Part shown: positions 8,933 through 19,205 of the stretch, piece after piece
How positions within the stretch are numbered: the first letter of the stretch is position 1
How the letters are laid out: each line of letters starts with the position of its first letter
NCBI GenBank assembly: GCA_963730185.1
Contig: CAVSQW010000013.1
Coordinates: forward strand, 32,001-96,000
Direction: 5' to 3'
Length of the DNA: 64,000 nt
From: an uncultured Gemmatimonadales bacterium
GTDB lineage: Bacteria > Gemmatimonadota > Gemmatimonadetes > Gemmatimonadales > GWC2-71-9
Translations under genes and position numbers: made by a program
Notes under the pieces: generated by a model
The model's database searches: none
What the model was told of the DNA's origin: nothing
Seen by the model: the letters and a program-made list of their open reading frames with translations, nothing else

Positions 8933-10738
8933 ATGAAATCCCGCCGCGAGTTTCTGATCCGGGCCCCCGCCGGTTTGCTCGCCGTCGCCGCCGCGTGCCG
9001 CGGCCAGGGCCAAACACCCGAGGCGGCCGCGCCGGCCTCCGCACCGGGTTCGCCGCCGGCGTTCGGGACCCTGCCCCTGGCCGGCCCCGAGGTCTCTGTG
9101 GCCACCTTCGCCGAGGCCGAAAAGCTGGTGCAGGTGACCCTGACCGACGTCGAGCGGAAGATGGCCGCCGACAGCTGGCGGCGGTCGATGGCCGCGCTGC
9201 TCGAGCGCCGGGCCGGACCCCGCACCGTCGAGATCGGCGCCGCCACGGCGCCGGCCACGGAGTGGAATCCGATGCTCGCCGGCATTCCAACCCTGCCGGC
9301 CCGGGACCGCTTCGTGCCGAGCCGGGTGGATCCCGGCTCTTTGCCGGCGACCGACGACGCGATCGCGTTCGCGCCGGTCGCGCACCTCGGCCACTGGATT
9401 CGGACCCGGCAGCTCACCTCGGCGCGGCTGACGACGATTTACCTGGACCGGATCCAGCGCTACGACCCCAAGCTCCACTGCGTGATCACGCTGATGCGCG
9501 ACTCGGCGCTGGCTCAGGCCAAGGCCGCCGACACGGAGATCGCGGCGGGCACGTACCGCGGCCCACTCCACGGCATTCCCTGGGGCGCCAAGGACCTGCT
9601 CGATACGGCCGGCGTCCGGACCACGTACGGCGCCGCGCCCTTCAAGGACCGGGTGCCGAACGCCAACGCGACGGTGGTCGACCGGCTGAACGCCGCCGGC
9701 GCCGTGCTGGTCGCCAAGCTGAGCCTGGGCGCGTTGGCATTGAACGACATCTGGTTCGGCGGGCAGACGATGAATCCGTGGCTCCTCGAGGAGGGCTCGT
9801 CGGGCTCGAGCGCCGGGCCCGGCGCCGCGACGGCGGCCGGCCTGGTGGGCTTCGCGGTGGGCAGCGAGACCGGCGGGAGCATCATCGGTCCGAGCATGCG
9901 TTGCGGGGTGGCCGGACTCAGGCCGACCTACGGCCGGGTCCCGCGGACCGGAGCGATGACGCTCTGCTGGTCGCTCGACAAGCTCGGGCCGATGACCCGG
10001 GGAGTCGAAGACACAATGCTGGTGCTCCAGGCGATCACTGGTCCCGATCCGGGCGACGTCGGCAGCGTCCCCAGCCGGCTGGACTACGACGCCGGCCAGT
10101 CGGTCGCGGGGCTGAAGGTGGGCTACCTGCCGGCCTGGATGAAGGAGGCCCCCGCCACGGACGTGGACCGGGCCGCCCTCGAGTCGCTCCGGGCGCTGGG
10201 TCTCACCCCCACGGAAGTGAGCTTCCCGGACTGGCCCTATGGCTCGCTCAGCCTGATCCTGTTCGCCGAAGCCGCGGCTGCATTCGAGGAGCTCACCCTC
10301 AGCGGTCGGGACGATCAGCTCACGGCCCAGGTCGCCGACGCCTGGCCCAACCTTTTCCGCGAGGCCCGGTTCCTCTCCGCGGTGGACTTCGTGCAGGCCG
10401 ACCGACTCCGCCGGATGGTGGCCCGCGAGATGGCCCGGGTCTTCTCGGAAGTGGACCTGCTGCTCGTGCCGTCGCTCCGGGACGAGGGGCTCACGATCTT
10501 CAACTTCACCGGGCATCCCTCGCTCACCATCCGGACCGGGTTCGTCGAGGTGAGTCAGGCCCGAAGCGACTGGGCGCCCGACCCGGCGCACCCGCTCCCG
10601 ACTTTCTCGCCGCCCCGGAGGGTGCCGCACGGGGTGACCTTGATCGGGCGGCTGTTCGACGAAGGGACGCTCGGTCGGGTCGGGGTTGCCCTGGAGGGCA
10701 AGGCCGGCGTGGCGGCCGAGCACCCGCCCGGCTTCTAG
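8933..10738 (+). CDS. Amidase signature family protein with Tat signal
   Basis: N-terminal SRREFL twin-arginine; 'HGIPWGAKDL', 'GSSGSSAG', 'GSETGGS'. Confidence 0.9.
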   Translation: MKSRREFLIRAPAGLLAVAAACRGQGQTPEAAAPASAPGSPPAFGTLPLAGPEVSVATFAEAEKLVQVTLTDVERKMAADSWRRSMAALLERRAGPRTVEIGAATAPATEWNPMLAGIPTLPARDRFVPSRVDPGSLPATDDAIAFAPVAHLGHWIRTRQLTSARLTTIYLDRIQRYDPKLHCVITLMRDSALAQAKAADTEIAAGTYRGPLHGIPWGAKDLLDTAGVRTTYGAAPFKDRVPNANATVVDRLNAAGAVLVAKLSLGALALNDIWFGGQTMNPWLLEEGSSGSSAGPGAATAAGLVGFAVGSETGGSIIGPSMRCGVAGLRPTYGRVPRTGAMTLCWSLDKLGPMTRGVEDTMLVLQAITGPDPGDVGSVPSRLDYDAGQSVAGLKVGYLPAWMKEAPATDVDRAALESLRALGLTPTEVSFPDWPYGSLSLILFAEAAAAFEELTLSGRDDQLTAQVADAWPNLFREARFLSAVDFVQADRLRRMVAREMARVFSEVDLLLVPSLRDEGLTIFNFTGHPSLTIRTGFVEVSQARSDWAPDPAHPLPTFSPPRRVPHGVTLIGRLFDEGTLGRVGVALEGKAGVAAEHPPGF

Positions 10739-10848
10739 GGGTCGAGTCTGCCACCCGGCCGGCGGTCACCCCGTACAGTGTCGACCCGGGGTGCCCGTGA
10801 CCGGTCCAATCGCGTATGCTTGGAGGTACTCCCCGGCCCGAGAAGACC

Positions 10849-11826
10849 ATGACGGTGCCAGACCAGCTGTGCTCCCGCTGCTCCGCTTCGCTTTCGGGTG
10901 ACGCCGTCTACTGCCATCGCTGCGGTGTCGGCGTCATGGCCGCCGCCACCGGCGAGTACGAGGTGTACGACCTCGATCGCTTCTTCAACTATGCCCTCGA
11001 TCTCCTCTGCATCGCCGGCACCGACGGCTACTTCAAGAGGGTCAATCCCGCCTTCACCCGGACCCTCGGCTTCTCGGCGGAAGAGCTCTTGTCACGGCCC
11101 TTCACCGAGTTCGTTCACCCGGACGACCGGACCGATACCGTGGCCGAGACCGGCAAGCTCTCGTCGGGCGCCCCGACCCTTTCGTTCGAGAACCGGTATC
11201 TGTGCAAGGACGGAGGCTACCGGGACCTTCGGTGGACCTCGTTTCCCGAGCCCGCAACCGGCCTGCTCTACGCGGTGGCCCACGACGTTACCGATCTCAA
11301 GCGGCGCCAGGACCAGCGCGACACCCTCACCGGCCTGGCCTCGATGCGGGCGTTCGAACAGACCCTGCCTCAGGAATGGAGCCGGGCCCGGCGACTCCAG
11401 GCTCCACTCACCCTGGCCGTGTTCGATCTGGATCGGTTCGAGCAGTTCAATGCGAAGCACGGGTTCGAGGCCGGCGATCGGTTGCTGGTCGGGGTGAGCG
11501 GCCTGCTCGCCGGGCACGCTCGCCGGGCCGGCGACCTGGCCGCCCGGATCGGCGGGCAGCGGTTCGCCCAAGTTCTGCAGGGCCGATTCACGCCGGCTGA
11601 GGCGCTGGCGTTTTGCGAGGCGATCCGAGCGGAGGTCGCCGAGTTGGTCGTTCCCCATCCGGGTCCGGAGCCGCTGTCGCCCCTTACGATCAGCGCCGGT
11701 GTCGCCACCATGGTGCCGGCCGACCCGGCCACCCACCGGCATCTGCTGGCCGCGGCGGAGGCTGCCCTGGCTCAGGCCAAGCTCCGCCGCGATTGTGTCG
11801 TGCTCGCCTCACCCCCGGTCCCCTAG
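10849..11826 (+). CDS. Zn-ribbon + PAS + degenerate GGDEF protein
   Basis: CSRC-x10-CHRC; PAS ('VNPAF...FVHPDD'); 'DTLTGL', 'DLDRF', 'RAGDLAARIGGQRF', 'TISAGVA'. Confidence 0.85.
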   Translation: MTVPDQLCSRCSASLSGDAVYCHRCGVGVMAAATGEYEVYDLDRFFNYALDLLCIAGTDGYFKRVNPAFTRTLGFSAEELLSRPFTEFVHPDDRTDTVAETGKLSSGAPTLSFENRYLCKDGGYRDLRWTSFPEPATGLLYAVAHDVTDLKRRQDQRDTLTGLASMRAFEQTLPQEWSRARRLQAPLTLAVFDLDRFEQFNAKHGFEAGDRLLVGVSGLLAGHARRAGDLAARIGGQRFAQVLQGRFTPAEALAFCEAIRAEVAELVVPHPGPEPLSPLTISAGVATMVPADPATHRHLLAAAEAALAQAKLRRDCVVLASPPVP

Positions 11827-11851
11827 ACGCTGGTGGGCCCGGGGCGGCGAT

Positions 11852-13474
11852 TCAGGGGCGGTGGTCGAGCCCTCCCTCCATCAGGACCCAGGAATTTGGA
11901 TCAAGGGTTACCGACGACGGTTCCCGATCGGAGGCGAGCTGAAACGCTCCCAGGGCTCCGGTCAGCTCGATCCGCTCGATCCGGGCGCCGGCGTCGCCGG
12001 GATAGCGGATCCCCACCTCGATCGGCACTCGGAACGGCTCCCCCGCCTGGGTCTGCTTCAGCGCGATCTCGATCCGATGAGCGGCCGGGTCGTAGTGCCA
12101 GTCGCCTTGGAGGTTCGGGACCCCCGATCGGGCCAGCCATTGCTGGAAGAACCATCCCAGGTTCCGTCCCGAGGTCTCTTCCATGACCTGGCGAAAATCG
12201 TCGGTCGAGGAATTGGCGTCGCGGTACCGGCGATAGTAGGCTCGGATTCCCCGCCAGAAGACGTCGGTCCCGAGGATGCCCCGGAGCAGGTGCAGGGTCC
12301 AAGCGCCCTTCTGGTACGTCTGGGTGCTGGTGACCTGCCGCATGTCCGTCAAGTTCGCGTGGACGACGCGATAGCCGGGATGCTTGGCATCGTAGTCGAG
12401 CACCATGGCGCGGCTCTTCTCGAGCCCTTCGACGAAGGCGTCCCGGCCCGCGTCGTATTCCGTGAACAGCAGGGTGAAATAGGTGGCGAACCCTTCGCTC
12501 AGCCAGACGTCGTTCCAGTCGCGCTCGGTGACGGCGTTGCCGAACCACTGGTGGGCGATCTCGTGGACGACGACCTCCCGGGCTCGTGGGGTGCCGATCA
12601 GCCGCTGGGTGTAACCGATGGCGGAGGCCGCCTCCATGCCGCCGCCCGCCGCCACCGACTCCACGTTGGCCAGCTTCTCGTACGAGTAGGGCCCGACCCG
12701 CTCGCCGAAGAACCGGAGGGCCGCCGCCGTGGGGCCGTTGAAATCGGCGAATCCCTGGTCCCGGTCCTGGGGGTACACCCAGGCCTGAATCGGGATGCCG
12801 TCGATGACTCCGGGGTGATCGACCGCATAGCCCGCGACACCGAGGGTCTGGAGCCAGGTGGCGATCGGGACCGACTCCTGCCAGTGGGTGCGACGGAATC
12901 CGTTGCCGAGGTCGGTTTCCTCCACCAGTCGGCCGTTGGAGACGACCTGATAGTGGCTGGGTGCCGTGACGATGAACTCGGAGGTGGCCTTGTCGTAGGG
13001 GTGGTCGATCCCAACCAGCCAGTGGTGGGCGAGATCGGGCCAGTTGTCGCTGGAGAAGGTTCGATCGCCGAACTTGTCGGGACGGATCTGGAGGCCGGTG
13101 TCCGGCACGCCGTGGTACCGGATGGCCACCCGGGCCCGCGCGTCGGCCGTGCCGGGCCGGCGGAGGGTGATGGCCAGCCGGTCGCCGGCGTGATGGTAGG
13201 TCAACGGCCCGACCGAGTCGCGAACCTGGTCGACGACCATGCCGCGCCCCGAGGCGTCGCGGCCCGAGAGATCCAAGACCACCTGATCCCGGCCGGGCGC
13301 CAGGAATCGAAATTCAACGACGGCGTCCATCCGAATCTGGTCGGAGCTGTCCGAGAGCGCGATCGCATAGCGGTAGTGGAGCACGTCGAGGTCCGGGCGC
13401 CGCGGATATCGGTCGGACGGGGGCGACCAGAGAGCCAGCGTCGCGGTCGAGCACCACAGCCACCAGCCGGGCAT
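11852..13474 (-). CDS. M1 family zinc aminopeptidase (secreted)
   Basis: 'GGMEAAS' exopeptidase-like motif; 'HEIAHQWFGN...WLSEGFATY'; 'YQKGAW'. Confidence 0.9.
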   Translation of the reverse strand: MPGWWLWCSTATLALWSPPSDRYPRRPDLDVLHYRYAIALSDSSDQIRMDAVVEFRFLAPGRDQVVLDLSGRDASGRGMVVDQVRDSVGPLTYHHAGDRLAITLRRPGTADARARVAIRYHGVPDTGLQIRPDKFGDRTFSSDNWPDLAHHWLVGIDHPYDKATSEFIVTAPSHYQVVSNGRLVEETDLGNGFRRTHWQESVPIATWLQTLGVAGYAVDHPGVIDGIPIQAWVYPQDRDQGFADFNGPTAAALRFFGERVGPYSYEKLANVESVAAGGGMEAASAIGYTQRLIGTPRAREVVVHEIAHQWFGNAVTERDWNDVWLSEGFATYFTLLFTEYDAGRDAFVEGLEKSRAMVLDYDAKHPGYRVVHANLTDMRQVTSTQTYQKGAWTLHLLRGILGTDVFWRGIRAYYRRYRDANSSTDDFRQVMEETSGRNLGWFFQQWLARSGVPNLQGDWHYDPAAHRIEIALKQTQAGEPFRVPIEVGIRYPGDAGARIERIELTGALGAFQLASDREPSSVTLDPNSWVLMEGGLDHRP

Positions 13475-13525
13475 GCCTGCCTCCTCCCAAGGGGGGACGG
13501 GACCTCGCCCCGCCGAGCGAGAGAC

Positions 13526-15079
13526 TCAGTTGAGCGGCGGGGTCGTCGTCGGTGGGCGGCGGTGGTGGGTGGCCTGCTCGTACCCATACGCCAAGCGGAT
13601 CAGCACCGACTCGGCCCACGGCCTCCCGAAGAACTGCAGCCCGGCCGGTAGCCGCCCGCCCCGGGTGTATCCCATCGGCACCGTGATCGCGGGGAAGCCG
13701 GTGCTGGGCGAGAACAGCTGGTTGTTGTCGCCCGGCGGGGTGTTGAGGTCACCGATCAAGCGGGGCGGGTTGCTCCAGGTCGGGTACACCAGGGCGTCCA
13801 GCCGGTTCTTGGTCATCACGTCGAGCACGCCCTGTCGCAGCTTGGCCCGGAATTCGTCCCGGCGGGCGCAGGCCGGGTTGTCTTCCGGCTCCACGTCGAC
13901 CGCTTCGGCGGCGGTGAGTCGCGCCTCGATGGACGGGTGGAAGCGACGCGACTTGATGATGTCGGCGAGCGACTTCATCGGCACCTTGTCCCCATGACTT
14001 GCCAGCCAGGCGTTGAGGTCGTGCTTGAACGGAAAGCACGATCCCCGCGCGGCCCGGCGCCAGTCGTCCAGGCTGTCGACGGCGACGGGGTCGACGATCT
14101 GGGCGCCCTGGCGGCGGAGGTCGTCGAGCGCGGCGGCGAAGAGGGCCCGGATCTCCGGGTCGGTGGTCGGGGTGTCGTATGCTTGATGGAGCACGCCGAT
14201 CCGGGCGCCCTTCAAACCGTCCCGGACCAGCGCGGCGGCGTAGTCGACCGGCGGATGGTCGCGGGCAGCGGCGGTTACCGGATCGTTCGGGTCGGCGCCC
14301 ACCACCACTTGGAACACGGCGACGGCGTCGGCCACGGTGCGGGCCATGGGTCCGGCGATGTCGGCGGCCAGGCTGAGCGGGACGATTCCGGCCCGGCTGG
14401 TGAGTCCCATGGTGGACCGGATCCCGACCAGCGCCTGGTGGGACGAGGGGCCTCGGATGGAGTTGCCGGTGTCGGTGCCGAGCCCGGCCGCGCCGTAGCT
14501 GGCCGCGACGGCGGCGGCGGTCCCGCCGCTCGAGCCCGCCGTGACCCGGTCGAGCGCGTAGGGGTTCTTCGTGTATCCCGGCAGGATGGAGCTCACCGTC
14601 TCGTAGGGGCTGAAGGCGAACTCGGCCATGTTCGACTTGGCCAGCACGATGGCGCCGGCGGCCTTGATTCGGGCCACCTCGAAGGCGTCCCGGTCGGAGA
14701 CGAATCCTTGGAGCGACAGCGACCCCGCGCTGGTCTGGAGGCCGATGGTCTCGAAGTTCTCCTTCACGATCATCGGGACGCAGTGGAGCGAGCCGACCGG
14801 GCCGCCCTGCCGGTAGCGCCGGTCGAGCGAGTCGGCCGTGGCCAGCGCGGCGGGGTTCACCGTCACGATGGCATTGATCGCCGGCCCGTTCTTGTCGTAG
14901 GCTTCGATCCGGCGGAGATAGACCTGGACCAGCGCGTGGCAGGTGAGCGAGCCGTCATGGAACGCGGCTTCGATCGAGGCGATGGTGGCCTCTTCGACCG
15001 GGAAGGTCGGGGGCGTCTGGGCGGCGAGCGGTCCGGCCGCGAGGGCCAGGCCGAGAGCGAGCGGGATGGGTCGGGGCAT
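13526..15079 (-). CDS. Amidase signature family protein (Sec signal)
   Basis: Signal peptide; 'PMIVKEN', 'AGSSGG', 'GTDTGNSIRGP'. Confidence 0.9.
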   Translation of the reverse strand: MPRPIPLALGLALAAGPLAAQTPPTFPVEEATIASIEAAFHDGSLTCHALVQVYLRRIEAYDKNGPAINAIVTVNPAALATADSLDRRYRQGGPVGSLHCVPMIVKENFETIGLQTSAGSLSLQGFVSDRDAFEVARIKAAGAIVLAKSNMAEFAFSPYETVSSILPGYTKNPYALDRVTAGSSGGTAAAVAASYGAAGLGTDTGNSIRGPSSHQALVGIRSTMGLTSRAGIVPLSLAADIAGPMARTVADAVAVFQVVVGADPNDPVTAAARDHPPVDYAAALVRDGLKGARIGVLHQAYDTPTTDPEIRALFAAALDDLRRQGAQIVDPVAVDSLDDWRRAARGSCFPFKHDLNAWLASHGDKVPMKSLADIIKSRRFHPSIEARLTAAEAVDVEPEDNPACARRDEFRAKLRQGVLDVMTKNRLDALVYPTWSNPPRLIGDLNTPPGDNNQLFSPSTGFPAITVPMGYTRGGRLPAGLQFFGRPWAESVLIRLAYGYEQATHHRRPPTTTPPLN

Positions 15080-15196
15080 GCCGCAAGATCGTCCTGACCG
15101 GCGCGGTGGGCAAACGCCGGCGCGACGGACGGAACCGGTGGGGTGGGGGCCGCGTTGGTGAAACAGGTCGCGGGCGGGTCATCTCCGGGGGAGCGC

Positions 15197-15871
15197 ATGG
15201 GCAAGGGTTGGCGCTGGTGGCGGATCGCGGGCCTTGCTCTGGTGATCCTGGTGGTCGTCGCCCTGGCGGTCCGGAGCGGGACCGTGGTGGACCGGGCGAC
15301 CGCTCTCATCCGCGCCTCGGCCCGGGGCGACCGGGGTGGCGGTGCCGAGGCGATGGTGTACCTGCTGGCGGCCGGCTTCACCTTCCTGGCCGTGCTCCTG
15401 CCGCTCCCGGCCGAGGCGGCGGCGCTGCTCAACGGGACCCTCTTCCCTCCGGCGACGGCCTTCGCCCTCACCTGGGGGGCCGCGATGCTGGGCGCCGCGG
15501 CCTCCTACGAGATCGGCCGCTGGGCGGGGCGTCCGCCCGCCGTGCGCCTCTTCGGCGCCGAGCGGCTCCAGCGGGTGGAGCGGCTGGTGGACCGGGCCGG
15601 CTGGCCTACCCTGCTGGCGCTTCGGCTCTCGCCGGTCATGGCCTTCACCGCGATCAATTGGGCCAGCGGCATTCTGGCGCTCTCCCGGCCGGTGTTCTAT
15701 TGGACCGTGGCTGCCGGCCTGGTGCCCGGTACCTTCGTCTTTTCGGTGGTGCCGGAGATCCTGGAGCGGGGAAGCTCGGTGGCCGGGCTAATCGCCCTGG
15801 CCGTCGCGGTCATGGCGGGCCTCTTCGGGCTCTCGTACGTCCGGCTTCGGCGGGTGGGACGGGGGTCCTGA
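15197..15871 (+). CDS. TVP38/TMEM64 (VTT/DedA) membrane protein
   Basis: 'LPLPAE...G.LF', 'YEIGRWAG', 'LRLSPVMAF..INWASG' pattern. Confidence 0.8.
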   Translation: MGKGWRWWRIAGLALVILVVVALAVRSGTVVDRATALIRASARGDRGGGAEAMVYLLAAGFTFLAVLLPLPAEAAALLNGTLFPPATAFALTWGAAMLGAAASYEIGRWAGRPPAVRLFGAERLQRVERLVDRAGWPTLLALRLSPVMAFTAINWASGILALSRPVFYWTVAAGLVPGTFVFSVVPEILERGSSVAGLIALAVAVMAGLFGLSYVRLRRVGRGS

Positions 15872-15989
15872 TCGGCTTGCGTTGACCCCCGGCCTGCCCT
15901 ACATCTATCCATTCCACCATGTGTACTTCCCACGAGACACCCGCCGCGCTGAGGCGGCGCGAAGGTGCCCCGTTCGCTCGAGGCTTCCC

Positions 15990-18900
15990 ATGATCGTTCG
16001 TGTTGCTCGACTCCTCGCTCCGGCCCTGTTGCTCACGGCAGCGCCGGTCCTCGCCCAATCCACCATCGACAGCTCGGCATTCAAGTCGCTGAGTTGGCGC
16101 AATATCGGCCCCCAGCGCGGCGGTCGATCGGTTGCCGTCGCCGGCTCCGCCGCCCGGCCCCAGGAGTACTACATGGGGACCACCGGCGGCGGGGTGTTCA
16201 AGACGACCGACGGCGGGGACGACTGGGCCCCGGTGAGCGACAAGTACTTCGGTGGCTCGATCGGGGCGATCGCGGTGTCCGAGTCGAACCCCGACATCGT
16301 GTACGTGGGTGGGGGCGAGTTTCCGATCCGGGGCAACCTCTCGCACGGCGACGGCGTCTACAAGACGACCGACGGCGGGAAGACCTGGCGGTACATGGGG
16401 CTGATCGAGACCCGCCACATCGCCAAGATCAAGATCAGTCCGACCAACCCCGACGTCGTGTACGTGGCGGCGCTGGGCAAGGTGTTCGAGACCAGTCCTG
16501 ATCGGGGGGTCTACAAGTCGGTCGACGGTGGCGAGAGCTGGAAGAAGGTGCTCTTTCGCGACGACACGACCGGCGCCGTCGACCTGGTGATGGATCCGAA
16601 TAATCCCGACGTGCTCTACGCCGGCCTCTGGACCGCCTATCGCCGGCCCTGGACCATGGTGAGCGGCGGGACCGGAAGCGGGCTCTTCAAGTCCACGGAC
16701 GGCGGGGAGACCTGGAAGGAAATCACCCGGAACCCGGGCCTTCCCAAAGGCCTGATCGGTAACGTCGGGATCACGGTGTCGCCGGCCAACTCGAAGCGGC
16801 TCTACGCCATCGTCGAGGCCGACGAGGGCGGGGTGTTCCGCTCCGACGATGCCGGCGCCACCTGGACCCGGGTTAACGCCGAGCGGAAGCTCCGGCAGCG
16901 GGCCTGGTACTACAGCCGGATCTTCGCGGACCCCAAGGACGAGAACGGGGTCTACGTGCTCAACGTCCAGTTCTGGAAGTCCACCGACGGGGGCCGCACC
17001 TTCCCCCGGCCGTATCGGAGCCATCACGGCGACAACCACGATCTCTGGGTCGCCTCCAACAACCCCCAGCGGATGATTCTCGGCAACGACGGCGGCGCCG
17101 AGGTGACGGTGAACGGCGGCCGGAGTTGGAGCGACGTGGACTATCCCACGGCCCAGTTCTACCACGTCACCACGACCAACAACTTTCCCTACCGGGTCTG
17201 CGGGGCGCAGCAGGACAACAGCACGGTCTGCATGTCGAGCGTCCCGGAGCGGGGAACCGAGTACGCCGACTTCTTCGACGTGGGCGGCGGCGAGTCGGGC
17301 TACATCGCGGTCCGGCCGGACAACCCCGACATCGTGTTCGCCGGGAGCTACGGCGGGCTGCTGACCCGGACCGACCTCCGGAGCGGCTTCTCACGCGACG
17401 TGAACGCCTGGCCCCTGAATCCGATGGGGCATTCGGCGATCGACTCGAAGTACCGCTTCCAGTGGACCTTTCCGATCGTCTTCTCGCCCTTCGATCCCAA
17501 CACCCTCTACGTGGGCTCGAGCGTGGTGTTCAAGTCCACCAACGAGGGCGAGAGCTGGACCGCGATCTCGCCCGACCTGACCCGGCACGATCCGGCCACG
17601 CTCGGTCCCTCGGGCGGGCCGATCACCAAGGACCAGACCAGCGTCGAGTACTACGCCACCGTCTTCACCATCGTCGAGTCGCCGGTGGAGAGAGGGGTGA
17701 TCTGGGCGGGGTCGGACGACGGCCTGGTGCACGTGACCCGGGACGACGGCAAGACCTGGACGAACGTCACGCCTCCCGGTCTTCCCAAGTGGGCCCGGAT
17801 CTCGATCATCGATGCCTCGCCCCACGCCAAGGGCGCCGCCTACCTGGCGGCCAACATGTTCCAGCTGGGCGACTTTTCGCCCTATCTCTACAAGACCAGC
17901 GATTACGGCGCGACCTGGACCCGGATCGATCAGGGGATCACGCCGACCGAGTTCACCCGGGTCATCCGTGAGGACCCGGTCCGCCGCGGGCTGCTCTTCG
18001 CGGGCACCGAGCGCGGGGTGTGGGTCTCGTTCGACGACGGCGGCGCGTGGCAGCCGCTCCAGCTCAACCTGCCGCCGGTGCCGGTCCACGACCTGACCGT
18101 CAAGGACAACGACGTGGTGATCGCGACCCACGGCCGGGGCTTCTGGATCCTGGACGACATCTCGCCGCTCCGGCAGGTCACCTCGGCGGTGACGGCATCC
18201 GACGCGCACCTCTTCCAGCCGGTCGACGCCTACCGGACTTTCGGGCGGGCGGACGTCCACTACTGGCTGAAGCGGGGCGGCCAGAAGGTCACCCTGGAGT
18301 TCCTGGACGGGCAGGGGAAGGTGATCCACGCCTTCACCAGCGATCCCGATCCCAAGTGGATCGCCGACAGCACCGCGATGGCCAAGGCCGAGTCGGCCAC
18401 CCGCGACAGCCTGATCGCGCTCGGCGTGCAGCCGGCCAGCTTGAAGAGCGACGAGCCCGAGGGCGGGCGGAACCGCTTCGAGGGCGGCTGGCGGCCGACC
18501 CGTCCGGAGAGCGCCCCCAACAAGAAGGGGATGAACACCTTCCACTGGAACATGCGCTATCCGGAGCCGTCGGCGTTCCAGGGGCTGATCATGTGGGCGG
18601 CCGGCGTCTTCGGGCCGCAGGCGCCTCCGGGCGCCTACACCGTCCGGCTGACCGTGGGCGACAAGGCCGAGACCCAGCCCTTCAAGCTGCTCAAGGACCC
18701 GCGGTCCCAGGCGACCCAGGCCGATCTCGACGAGCAGTTCCAGTTCCTGATGAAGATCCGGGACGAGACCAGCAAGGCCAACGACGCGGTCAAGACGATC
18801 CGGAACGTGAAGGCCCAGCTGGCCAACCGGGTCTCGCGGGCGCCGGCGGGACGGTCCACGGCGCTCGAGCGCCTGGTCAATCCGCTGGTGGAGCAGCTGA

Positions 18901-19205
18901 GCGCAGTGGAAGGTGAGATCTACCAGGTAAAGAACCAGAGCGGCCAGGACCCGCTCAACTTCCCGATCAAGCTCAACAACCAGATCGCCGCGCTGATGGG
19001 GGTGGTCGCGAGCACCGAGGCGAAGCCGACGGTGCAGTCCTACGAGGTCTTCAAGGTCCTGTCGGCCCAGCTGGACACCCAGCTGGGTAAGCTCGAGACG
19101 CTGCTCGGCGCCGGCCTGACGGCCGTCAACACCGAGCTGGGCAGGCTGAGTCTGCCGGCCGTGCAGGCCGGCATGTCCGACGGGGCCTCGGACGGCGGCC
19201 CGTGA
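15990..19205 (+). CDS. Secreted VPS10/sortilin-like Asp-box (BNR) beta-propeller protein
   Basis: Signal peptide; 'WRNIGP.RGGR'; many (S/T)xDGGxxW Asp-box repeats; C-terminal helical region. Confidence 0.85.
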   Translation: MIVRVARLLAPALLLTAAPVLAQSTIDSSAFKSLSWRNIGPQRGGRSVAVAGSAARPQEYYMGTTGGGVFKTTDGGDDWAPVSDKYFGGSIGAIAVSESNPDIVYVGGGEFPIRGNLSHGDGVYKTTDGGKTWRYMGLIETRHIAKIKISPTNPDVVYVAALGKVFETSPDRGVYKSVDGGESWKKVLFRDDTTGAVDLVMDPNNPDVLYAGLWTAYRRPWTMVSGGTGSGLFKSTDGGETWKEITRNPGLPKGLIGNVGITVSPANSKRLYAIVEADEGGVFRSDDAGATWTRVNAERKLRQRAWYYSRIFADPKDENGVYVLNVQFWKSTDGGRTFPRPYRSHHGDNHDLWVASNNPQRMILGNDGGAEVTVNGGRSWSDVDYPTAQFYHVTTTNNFPYRVCGAQQDNSTVCMSSVPERGTEYADFFDVGGGESGYIAVRPDNPDIVFAGSYGGLLTRTDLRSGFSRDVNAWPLNPMGHSAIDSKYRFQWTFPIVFSPFDPNTLYVGSSVVFKSTNEGESWTAISPDLTRHDPATLGPSGGPITKDQTSVEYYATVFTIVESPVERGVIWAGSDDGLVHVTRDDGKTWTNVTPPGLPKWARISIIDASPHAKGAAYLAANMFQLGDFSPYLYKTSDYGATWTRIDQGITPTEFTRVIREDPVRRGLLFAGTERGVWVSFDDGGAWQPLQLNLPPVPVHDLTVKDNDVVIATHGRGFWILDDISPLRQVTSAVTASDAHLFQPVDAYRTFGRADVHYWLKRGGQKVTLEFLDGQGKVIHAFTSDPDPKWIADSTAMAKAESATRDSLIALGVQPASLKSDEPEGGRNRFEGGWRPTRPESAPNKKGMNTFHWNMRYPEPSAFQGLIMWAAGVFGPQAPPGAYTVRLTVGDKAETQPFKLLKDPRSQATQADLDEQFQFLMKIRDETSKANDAVKTIRNVKAQLANRVSRAPAGRSTALERLVNPLVEQLSAVEGEIYQVKNQSGQDPLNFPIKLNNQIAALMGVVASTEAKPTVQSYEVFKVLSAQLDTQLGKLETLLGAGLTAVNTELGRLSLPAVQAGMSDGASDGGP

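Noticed and set aside
8596..13651. Long alternative-frame ORFs (e.g. 8596-10800, 8768-10723, 11699-13651) and similar ones across the window
   Set aside because: Arg/Gly/Pro-rich shadows expected at about 70% GC. They overlap genes that have clear family motifs.
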